Assembly: GCA_965228855.1 (NCBI GenBank)
Contig: CBDDIJ010000002.1
Location: 1,728,001 to 1,792,000 of the forward strand
Origin: Candidatus Obscuribacterales bacterium
Lineage (GTDB): Bacteria > Cyanobacteriota > Vampirovibrionia > Obscuribacterales > Obscuribacteraceae
Direction of reading: 5' to 3'
Length of the DNA: 64,000 nucleotides
Positions 56,053-64,000 of the stretch are shown piece by piece. Numbering within the stretch: the first letter of the stretch is position 1; each line of letters begins with the position of its first letter. Below the pieces are notes generated by a model that made no database searches, was not told the DNA's origin, and was given only the letters and a program-made list of their open reading frames with translations. The translations under genes were made by a program, and so were the position numbers.

Positions 56053-57876
56053 ATGTCAGACGAAAAATCATTTATCGATATATGGAGCTCCAGAAAGCTT
56101 TTGCTGACTTGGAAGTCCATTCGCCGCGATTTAAAATCGGTTGAGGCTCGCGACACTTTGGATTTCTTAGAGTTTGATTTTTTCTTGGATGAAAATATAA
56201 AGGTGTTGCGGAAGTCAATTCTCGCTGGGACCTATCAACCGACCGTACCGAATTTGTTTGAATTAGCAAAGGGCAGAGGGTCGTTTCGCACTATTTCGCT
56301 GCTCATACCGGAGGACATTCTGGTTTTTAAGCACTTAGTTGACCACGTCTACTCAAAAGCTAGTAGAGCTGAGCCGCGAGGAGTGTTCTTTTCGCGGTCA
56401 CAGAAGCCAGTTCCGGTCGGTCCAACGCTGAACTCGTTGAATTCCGTTGAAGCTGTCGCGTATGAGTCCGGCTGGAACTTGTGGGTCCGGTACCAGCAGT
56501 ACCGGACGCGGACCATGATAAATGCCATCCGGCCGATTCTTGTGGTTACAGACATCACAAATTTTTTTGAGTCCATTCAGCATGACATGCTTTTGGAATA
56601 TCTTTCTCCGTTTTCTCTGCCACGAAAGGCTGTTGGATTATTGGGTCGGTTTCTCGAAATCTTTAAACCTGCATGTGGATTTTCCCCAACTCCGAGAGTC
56701 GGCCTGGTTGTTGACCAGCATTACTGCTCCAGGGCGTTGGGTCACATCTTCCTGTTTGAGCATGATCTTCGGCTTTCCAAAGCCGTTGGGCTCGATCATT
56801 ATGTCCGTTGGATGGATGACCAGAATGTTGCCGTCGGATCCTTAACAGAAGCCCGTCGACTAGGGAGGACGCTAACCGAATCATTATCCCAACAACGCCT
56901 CGTATTGAACGCCGCCAAGACAAAATTTTTAAATCCGTCGGAGATAGTTCAACACTTTCATCTCGATGCCAATGACGAACTCGACAAGCTCGATGCTTCG
57001 CTCAAAAGTGGCCAACCAAGCAAAGCCGATAGGTTGCAGCTGTACCTATCCTGGCGGCAAGCTAGGAAATTGAGAGGAATTGGCAATTGGGACAAGGTCG
57101 TAAAAAGATTTTACGGCTATGCTGGAAGATTGCGTATGAGCTTTCTGAGACCTATGGCATTCAATCATTTGGTTCAATTTCCATTGCAAGCAGACCGCAT
57201 CTTTGACTACTTCATAGCGCTTCGAGATTTCGACGGTTTACTGGAATTGATGAGTAACTATGTGTCGACCGGAGAAAGTATCTACGAAAGTGTTGAGACC
57301 GCTTTCTTCGAGATCTTGCTTTGCAATAATATTCCCAATAGTTATCGCTCCATCTACAGGAATTTTGCTCTCCAGTGGCTTCAAAATCCGACCATGGGCT
57401 CTGGTCGACCACACTCGAGGGGCTCAGCGGCGTTATGTCTTTTCTGGCTCGGCGACAAAAGGTCCGCCACCTCAATTCGGAAAGTCCTCTTGCAAAATAT
57501 AAATCTTTATCCAGGCACGACTCTTCGCAGCTTGCTAGCTTCCTACATAGCGTTGGACCCCTCCAAGATCAACGACGGTGTAGCTATCGCGGCAAGTCAT
57601 GGTGGTTCCGAACTCGCCCTACTTGCCAAGTTTGTTCAGCGTTTGCAGAATGACTTGAATGTTTCCTGCTCACTTCCAGCTGTTGATCAACAGTTTCGAT
57701 ATATGAATCAGTCCAAGCTTTACGAAGCTCGAACGTGGATTCGCTTAGAAATTTTGGCATTGGCTGGTTCACCAGACGTGCTCAAATGGCTGCGTCTTCA
57801 AAAGAAAAGGATTTTGAAAAAAACATTAGGCGATTGTGAGATGCGAGTGTTTAAACGGTGGCAAGGGCGCGTGTGA
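56053..57876 (+). CDS. Reverse transcriptase, UG/Abi-like, with alpha-helical C-terminal extension
   Basis: AKGRGSFRTI, VVTDITNFFESIQH, GLVVDQHYCSRALGHIFL, YVRWMDD (WMDD at 56809-56820), LVLNAAKT; ~300-aa helical tail. Likely start ATG 56053 (607 aa). Confidence 0.9.
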   Translation: MSDEKSFIDIWSSRKLLLTWKSIRRDLKSVEARDTLDFLEFDFFLDENIKVLRKSILAGTYQPTVPNLFELAKGRGSFRTISLLIPEDILVFKHLVDHVYSKASRAEPRGVFFSRSQKPVPVGPTLNSLNSVEAVAYESGWNLWVRYQQYRTRTMINAIRPILVVTDITNFFESIQHDMLLEYLSPFSLPRKAVGLLGRFLEIFKPACGFSPTPRVGLVVDQHYCSRALGHIFLFEHDLRLSKAVGLDHYVRWMDDQNVAVGSLTEARRLGRTLTESLSQQRLVLNAAKTKFLNPSEIVQHFHLDANDELDKLDASLKSGQPSKADRLQLYLSWRQARKLRGIGNWDKVVKRFYGYAGRLRMSFLRPMAFNHLVQFPLQADRIFDYFIALRDFDGLLELMSNYVSTGESIYESVETAFFEILLCNNIPNSYRSIYRNFALQWLQNPTMGSGRPHSRGSAALCLFWLGDKRSATSIRKVLLQNINLYPGTTLRSLLASYIALDPSKINDGVAIAASHGGSELALLAKFVQRLQNDLNVSCSLPAVDQQFRYMNQSKLYEARTWIRLEILALAGSPDVLKWLRLQKKRILKKTLGDCEMRVFKRWQGRV

Positions 57877-58290
57877 GCAATGTTATGCGTTTGCGCTGTG
57901 CTAGTCGAGGGGCTCTGGAAGATGACTTTGGTTACACCTATTTGGCAAAGAATTCCAGCACTGACTGTCTCCGCAATGCTAACATGCGAAATGGTACTAA
58001 ATAGGGTGGCATTTCAAAATAGGCGTAAACGGCAGGATACTTCGATTCTGGTGTCGCGATGCGGGGGGCAGAACCAGTCGACCAAAATTCTTTTGATTGA
58101 CAGTGCTCAATCAGCTATTCGATGATAAGAGGCTCGTTTGCTTTTTGCCAAAAATGTGTCTGCGTTAAAATCGCCAACCGCATTGGATAATGGTAATCAG
58201 AGTTTTTTACCCTTGCATAATGGTGCAAGCCCGTGTTTTTGAACGCTGAGCCAGCACCTTCTTCGCGCAAATATTGCTGCGACGCCCAAT
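57877..58290 (+). ncRNA. Candidate structured ncRNA downstream of the RT
   Basis: Consecutive stem-loops found by eye at 57877-57987, 57988-58015, 58042-58081, 58094-58113, 58212-58229, 58263-58282; no convincing CDS. Confidence 0.4.
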
Positions 58291-58320
58291 CCTCGTGCTT
58301 TTAAAGTGAGTGTCTCGTCA

Positions 58321-59814
58321 TCACCGCGTGTAGGCCTTCGTGCCGCTAGCAAGATTGTTCGCCGTTGAGCTGCTGCCGTCAGCACCATACCAGGCCGTTC
58401 TCATCAAGTTGGTTGGATTTTTTGTTGAAAAGCTAAAGTGATACTTATACGCCTCGATTGGAAGTACGACGACGGTCCCTTCACCTTTACCCTTTCGCTG
58501 GAAGTGCACGAAACCGCTGACCGAGTTTCCGGGTTTGATTGTGTTGCCTTTCAGTGCCTCACGGATTATTTCTGCGCCGTTCGCTTGAGCGTTTGCTATC
58601 GATGCCTGTGAATTTGCGCGCGTAATCGCAGCTTGCTGAGCCGCACGCGCTTGCGCTGCATAATCAGGCGAGCTGATGGTTGTAGTTCCGCTTCCGTAAT
58701 AGGTTCCGTATCCGCCGCGTCCGTAAAAACTGCCACTGGTGTTTGTGTAGGCGTACGTGTTGACTCTCTGCATGGCGGCGCCAGCTTGCCCCAGTGCACT
58801 GCCGAAGTTCGCCCAAGCGGCTCCCGTTCTAGCGCTTCGCTCGAGCTTATTCGCGATTAGATACGGATCTTCATATTTGAGTTCGCGCTTTGATTTTTTT
58901 CCGACTAAACCAGCGGTGAATTTGCTTGGATCGATTTCGACAGTTTTGTCGCCATCGTTTCGGATCGAAATCAACACTTTTGTTTTGCGGTCGGTGTCGA
59001 AAAGCGATGCCGAAATCCGCAGACTGGCACCACGGATGGTTTCAACGTACACGCCGTCTGTTATATCCTTTTCGCAGTCTGGCTGGTCTTCAAGCCAGAA
59101 GAAAGAATTTGGATTAGGTTTAACTTCCGCAGTCAAATGTCCAGCGATCATTATCGTTGTTGGAGCGACTTCTTGCCGCGCCTCGACTTCCAATTTAAAC
59201 TCAGGCGGAAGCGCAACTTGATCTGCTTTTTCTTGATGAATCTCGCAAACCAAGTTACCTAATTCGTCTTGAACAGGAGGCTTCGCAGAGGACGAAGGGT
59301 TCAGCTCCGTCGGGCTTGCTTTTGCAATTGCAGATGGTGGTATTGTGTCTGGTGGCGTAAGCGAAGTCGCGGACGCGACAGGAACAGCAGCAGTTGTAGC
59401 CGCGCGCCCTGCTGGTGTCGTTGAAGTAGTTTGCAGCTTTGCCAAATTTGCTGCTATTTGTTTGGTTCGCATTCCTAGTGGGTCGTCATCTGGCATTGAG
59501 GCGCTGCACAGAGCTAATGCTTGGACACAAAAGGTGTTGGCCTTCTCCAGCGCGTTCATGCGAATTGCGGTATCGGCGAGATTATTCAGCGCTACGATCT
59601 TTAATCGCTCGCTTTTTCCAGACTCGTCGCACTCTGCTAGCGCGGTTTCAAACATCCTGATCGCGCGATTAAAATTGTTATTGGCTCGTGCCTGAAATCC
59701 TTCTCTTGTTGCCGCATCGTATAGCGACTCGGCCCTGCTGGGCTGCGCGAATGAAGCAGCCGCGAACACTGCTGCGACACTAACAAAGGTTTTTGCACTG
59801 CACTTTCTCAACAT
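58321..59814 (-). CDS. Secreted protein with N-terminal TPRs and unknown C-terminal domain
   Basis: Signal peptide from ATG 59814, TPR-like helices, Pro/Thr linker, Gly/Tyr-rich insert. Confidence 0.7.
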   Translation of the reverse strand: MLRKCSAKTFVSVAAVFAAASFAQPSRAESLYDAATREGFQARANNNFNRAIRMFETALAECDESGKSERLKIVALNNLADTAIRMNALEKANTFCVQALALCSASMPDDDPLGMRTKQIAANLAKLQTTSTTPAGRAATTAAVPVASATSLTPPDTIPPSAIAKASPTELNPSSSAKPPVQDELGNLVCEIHQEKADQVALPPEFKLEVEARQEVAPTTIMIAGHLTAEVKPNPNSFFWLEDQPDCEKDITDGVYVETIRGASLRISASLFDTDRKTKVLISIRNDGDKTVEIDPSKFTAGLVGKKSKRELKYEDPYLIANKLERSARTGAAWANFGSALGQAGAAMQRVNTYAYTNTSGSFYGRGGYGTYYGSGTTTISSPDYAAQARAAQQAAITRANSQASIANAQANGAEIIREALKGNTIKPGNSVSGFVHFQRKGKGEGTVVVLPIEAYKYHFSFSTKNPTNLMRTAWYGADGSSSTANNLASGTKAYTR

Positions 59815-60494
59815 AATTTGTACCGATAGATCGACGCGGCAGAAATCGAACAGTTGTGAAGCCCGGCATCGCAAGCCGAGCGCTTTCCGTTTTCGCTGAA
59901 AGAAACTGCGCGACCGGAAAAGGAGTCGATGCGCATACACCGATTATAGGTTTCGCATTGATCTTTCGAGAATAATTTGAATCTAATGAACGTTGCTAGA
60001 CGAAGAACATATTGAGCTCATGCGCTTGGAGTTGCATTGCCTCAATTCGTTGAACAAATTCATCAGCCGTTTGGGTGATATTTATTTGGCGAATTGTATG
60101 TTATTACGTTGAGTTACCGGCAAGTATCACCGGCGTCATACAAACTTTAGAACGAGTATGGAGAGCCGGCTCAGTTGTTCGCCTTGAGGAGACCGACGTA
60201 TTGTTGTGAGTGCTGTGTTCCGCACTTGAGCGCGTGTCGGGCGCTTACTTATGTGCTGATGACAGTTGTTATGCATGCCTCAGAAACTATCGAAATCAAC
60301 ATGTGCATGAACGTCTATGGAGGGGGAATAGTGCATGAGTATCTGTCTAACTTGATTTTCAAATCAAGTAAAGCGGGAACTCCGTTATCAGAGGAGCCAT
60401 TGGTGTTTCTATAGCCTATTAGAAAAAACTAGTAATTGCGCAGATTTGGAACCACACGTTTGAAGCCGTTGGTAAAGGCCAGGAGGGAGAAATT

Positions 60495-62285
60495 TTGTCA
60501 CAAGAAATACCGCAACAACGGGATGGCAAAACTGATACCGATCGATTGCGCGGATTCTGCGAGGAAAATTTCCTTGCTCGTTTACTCTGTGGATACTTTG
60601 GAACACGCACTCGGCGGAGACCGGTTTATGTTGCTACTTTGGAACAGACCATTGCAAGGGCTTGTAAGGAAAAAAATAAGCGACCGCCACGTCACTCCGA
60701 CGTCGTCAAGGCATTAAAAGGAATCGAAAAGATTTCGGCAGAGTCTGGAATTTTTGGAGAGTACGTCGAAGGGCGCCACGGTCACAAGTCGCGATTCGAG
60801 TTTACGGACGAGCTAATTGCGTTTGGTAATTCTCTCGAAAAGGAAGCGATCGACTTTGACTCTGAGCCAGCTGGGATTGTATCGGATGAAGAGGAGTTTG
60901 AACTGAGCGACATCGTCGAGGATGTTGAGGTGGAGCAAAAGTACGCAGGTCAGCAAACGTATCCAGAGCTTGAGACGACGGAAAATGAGCTAGAAGAAAA
61001 CGTTGCTGATGATCGACCCGTAACCAGTCAGCCGAACGATTGGAATGTAGAAACTCTCAGAGGAAAGTTTGATCGCGGATACATCGAATTGCAACCGGAA
61101 TATCAACGTGAATTCGTCTGGGAGTTAAAGCCTGAATTACCTTCCCGTCTAATTGAATCGATTTTACTGGAAATACCAATTCCTCCGATTTACTTCGGAA
61201 AAATTGCGAATGGAAAGCTTGAATTGATCGACGGCCAACAACGTCTGACTACCCTCATCCGTTTCGTGAAAAATGAATTCCAGCTTTCGAAATTGGAACG
61301 TTTAAGCAGTCTTAACGGGAAGATGTTTAGGGACTTGGAAGAGTCCACCCAATCGAAAATTTTGGATACATCAATACGAAGCGTTGTCATCGATACCGGT
61401 ACGAATGACAGTCTTCGCTACGAGATTTTTGAACGATTCAATCGAGGATCGGTTGCGCTGAATCAACAAGAACTTCGAAACTGTGTATACAGAGGAAAAT
61501 TCAATGACTTGCTGCGAAAATTGGTAGAAGATTCGATTTGGAGAAAAGTGAAGGGCACAGACAAGCCAGATCCGCGGTTTATCGAAAGAGAAATGATTCT
61601 CAGACTTTTTGCACTGCATAGCCGGCTCGATTATTTTGCGGGAAATTTGAAACAGTTTTTGAACGACTATATGAAACTGCATGCGCCGAAGGATGAGGAA
61701 ACACTTCTACTTCAAGAAAACATGTTCCACCAAATGATGCAGAATGTCTTTGCAGTTTTTGGCCAAAACTCTGCACGCATATATGTGACAGGAGAGGAAG
61801 GTGGTAAGACGGTCTCTGGAAGCTGGAATCCAAAGTTCTCAATTTCGGCGCTGGACATTCAAGCGTCAGCTCTTTTTGGTCAGCCGCGAGAACGTGTTCA
61901 AGCTGCAGCTGATCAGATTCGCGAAGCGTACATTCTCTTTCTTCTGACAAATGAAAATATCCGTGAAGCTATTTCCGGACACACCGCAAGCACCAAAGCA
62001 ACGAAGTTAAGATGGACAGCCTTTAAAGGACAAGTTGCTGAGATACTTAACGGCACGAAGGTTGAACCCCGCTTCTTCAGCTTCGAATTTAGAAAGGAAC
62101 TCTATGCCAAGGATTCGATGTGTCAGCTGTGTCGAAACCCGATTTACGATTTTGATGAGGCGGCAGTCGATCATATCGTGCCTTACGCGAAATCGGGAAG
62201 GACAATTAGAGAAAACGCGCAGATAGCTCACAGGTGGTGTAATTCGAAAAAATGCAAGAATGATTCAATAAATTTTGAAGCGTAA
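60495..62285 (+). CDS. DUF262 (GmrS/ParB-like) + C-terminal HNH endonuclease (GmrSD-like)
   Basis: QPEYQREFVW, LIESILLEIPIP, LIDGQQRLTT, FERFNRG; CQLC...DHIVP...G....ENAQIAHRWCN; AGGAGG before TTG. Confidence 0.88.
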   Translation: MSQEIPQQRDGKTDTDRLRGFCEENFLARLLCGYFGTRTRRRPVYVATLEQTIARACKEKNKRPPRHSDVVKALKGIEKISAESGIFGEYVEGRHGHKSRFEFTDELIAFGNSLEKEAIDFDSEPAGIVSDEEEFELSDIVEDVEVEQKYAGQQTYPELETTENELEENVADDRPVTSQPNDWNVETLRGKFDRGYIELQPEYQREFVWELKPELPSRLIESILLEIPIPPIYFGKIANGKLELIDGQQRLTTLIRFVKNEFQLSKLERLSSLNGKMFRDLEESTQSKILDTSIRSVVIDTGTNDSLRYEIFERFNRGSVALNQQELRNCVYRGKFNDLLRKLVEDSIWRKVKGTDKPDPRFIEREMILRLFALHSRLDYFAGNLKQFLNDYMKLHAPKDEETLLLQENMFHQMMQNVFAVFGQNSARIYVTGEEGGKTVSGSWNPKFSISALDIQASALFGQPRERVQAAADQIREAYILFLLTNENIREAISGHTASTKATKLRWTAFKGQVAEILNGTKVEPRFFSFEFRKELYAKDSMCQLCRNPIYDFDEAAVDHIVPYAKSGRTIRENAQIAHRWCNSKKCKNDSINFEA

Positions 62286-62334
62286 CGACAAGTAATTGCT
62301 CCAGTCTCAAGATTTCCGATGGTTCATCAAAGAT

Positions 62335-63621
62335 ATGAAAACTAGATCTGAGTTCAGTTTAGCAACTAAACGAAGTTTGGCTAACGCTGCTAACAATCAG
62401 TGCAGTTATCTGAATTGTCCAATGAGAACGAGTGGTCCAGATCTGGGTTCCGGAGGTTCGCTTCGTCTGGGAAAAGCCGCGCATATTTACAGCGCTTCGC
62501 CTTGTGGTCCCCGTGGTCAAGGCGGCTTGAGTCGCGAAGAGTTAAAGCATCATCAAAATGGAATTTGGCTTTGTGCTGATCACGCAACGTTGATAGACGA
62601 GAACAATGGAGTTGGTCATCCGGCAGCAAAGCTATTTAGTTACAAACGATTGCACGAGCACCGTGTGCAGAAGGAAATATTAGGCACTTGCAAAGCAATC
62701 GGCTGGATTGATGAAATCGAGCTCGTTCACACGCCTTTATTCGAGCCAGGTTCGAAAATTCGGCTTGGGAAGTTAAGTTTGGTCTTCGGTAATAATAGTT
62801 TAGGAAAGTCTACTTTAGCGAAATTTCTGGGCAGCTACTTTGACGTCGAAATGCTCGGGCAGTGGAAAAAAGATCAGAATGCTCCCCTGGAATTTAGGAT
62901 GAACTATTACTGCCCCGATCCTGTCACTGTAGGCTTTTCGAAACAAAAAGGCTTGGCTGGGCGATACGAAATCGGAGGCGAATTTTTCTCAAAAAACCCA
63001 GTTCACTGCAGAATAATTTTGGTACCGGAGTTTTCTGAGGATTTTAATGGGTCTGCGATAGCACACATCTCGCACATACTTGATTTACCGGAATGGGAAA
63101 TTGTAAGTCTGATTGAATCAGCAAATTCGTTTCCCTTCTCGAATTTGAAGAATTACCAGGTCTCAAAACCTACAAAGCACGGGAGCTTCGATGAACTTTC
63201 GGTTCATGCCTATGAAGAGAACTTCTCCGTCGTCTTCCGCAATCTCTCGACGACGGAGAAGCAATTTGCAATTATGGATCTTGCAACAGCACTTGCAAGA
63301 AAAACTTCTATTTATCAACCAACTCTCCTTTTTCTTGACTGTAACTTAATAAGCAACGAGGAGGTGTTCAGAAGATTCGAATCGCTTTTGCTCGCGCGAG
63401 AAAACCAATTTCAAACGATTTTGACAGCTCGCTTAAATGGCATCGATCTAGCTGATGTCCAATGGCGAGGCTGGGAGGTTGTTCGCTTGTATCGAGAATC
63501 GTCTGGGTTGACGAAGATATCACAAGACCCCAAGATGAAAGTAGCACCTGAAATACTGAAATTGACTCCCCGCAGGCCGGGTAATTGGAGTGAAAGGAAA
63601 TTGAGTATCGACGACGTTTAG
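62335..63621 (+). CDS. HNH endonuclease fused to an ABC/AAA-like ATPase
   Basis: CSYLNC, AAHIYSASPCGPRG, NGIWLCADHATLID; Walker A GNNSLGKS; LSTTEKQ; LLFLD. Confidence 0.75.
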   Translation: MKTRSEFSLATKRSLANAANNQCSYLNCPMRTSGPDLGSGGSLRLGKAAHIYSASPCGPRGQGGLSREELKHHQNGIWLCADHATLIDENNGVGHPAAKLFSYKRLHEHRVQKEILGTCKAIGWIDEIELVHTPLFEPGSKIRLGKLSLVFGNNSLGKSTLAKFLGSYFDVEMLGQWKKDQNAPLEFRMNYYCPDPVTVGFSKQKGLAGRYEIGGEFFSKNPVHCRIILVPEFSEDFNGSAIAHISHILDLPEWEIVSLIESANSFPFSNLKNYQVSKPTKHGSFDELSVHAYEENFSVVFRNLSTTEKQFAIMDLATALARKTSIYQPTLLFLDCNLISNEEVFRRFESLLLARENQFQTILTARLNGIDLADVQWRGWEVVRLYRESSGLTKISQDPKMKVAPEILKLTPRRPGNWSERKLSIDDV

Positions 63622-63694
63622 AAATTGCGGATTGTGAAAGCTCACATCTGCCCCTTCTTCTACGACGCACAGAGCTAGTTACGTGAGGCGCGCG

Positions 63695-64000
63695 ATGCGA
63701 TACAGGCTGGATGAATTAGGATGGCACCAATTCGAAAATCTATGCCAATCCCTTCTTAAAGCGAAATTTGGTGACGCGATTGAGTCTTGGGGAGGAAGCC
63801 GAGATATAGGCAGAGACGCCTATTGTTCTAGGCCAATTGAGCTGGTCAAGGGAGTGTCTTCCGCTGCTCCGCTCGTGTTTCAAGTGAAGTTTGTTAACGC
63901 TGCGAATTCCGCCGGTGCGAATTGGAATAGCTTATTGAATTCAGCTGTCCGAAAAGAATGTGCCCTGCTCAAAGCGAAAAGGGAACAGCGCATGGTGGAA
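63695..64000 (+). CDS. Mrr-like PD-(D/E)XK restriction endonuclease domain protein (runs off right edge)
   Basis: Not in the ORF track; hand translation MRYRLDELGWHQFENLCQSLL...GGSRDIGRDAY...VFQVKF, open to the window end; GAGG RBS. Confidence 0.8.
   Translation, partial: MRYRLDELGWHQFENLCQSLLKAKFGDAIESWGGSRDIGRDAYCSRPIELVKGVSSAAPLVFQVKFVNAANSAGANWNSLLNSAVRKECALLKAKREQRMVE

Noticed and set aside
56053..57876. Retron or group II intron RT
   Set aside because: No NAxxH/VTG motifs, no room for upstream msr-msd, no YADD or recognisable intron domain V/VI.
57880..58125. 81-aa ORF after the RT
   Set aside because: No recognisable motif or RBS, and it overlaps the hairpin tract; cannot be fully excluded as a small partner.

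Overview
Bacterial chromosomal window, about 50% GC. The gene style suggests Vampirovibrionia/Melainabacteria (Obscuribacterales-like), which is inference only. No rRNA, tRNA, CRISPR array, integrase or transposase was recognised. Left part: partial multicopper oxidase, PepSY and Vgb-like secreted proteins, a divergent pair of paralogous triple-repeat membrane proteins, ABM protein plus a single-chain xanthine-dehydrogenase-family enzyme with non-canonical substrate residues, a HEXXH metalloprotease with an overlapping partner gene, hipBA, a clan-J glycosidase, arsR-arsI and a fur-family gene. Middle: a ~2900-aa hemagglutinin-like exoprotein, a gene flanked by a duplicated GH3 3' end, envelope genes (GT-C-like, RDD, LptF/G, Lnt, O-antigen ligase-like, TonB-C) and a thioester alpha-2-macroglobulin. 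Right part (from ~49 kb): accessory genes ending in a probable anti-phage island. It holds an atypical reverse transcriptase (WMDD, helical C-terminus) followed directly by a hairpin-rich ~440-nt non-coding region (candidate ncRNA), a DUF262-HNH nuclease, an HNH-ABC-ATPase fusion, and a Mrr-like nuclease gene running off the window edge. The RT plus downstream structured region is the best candidate for an undescribed system.
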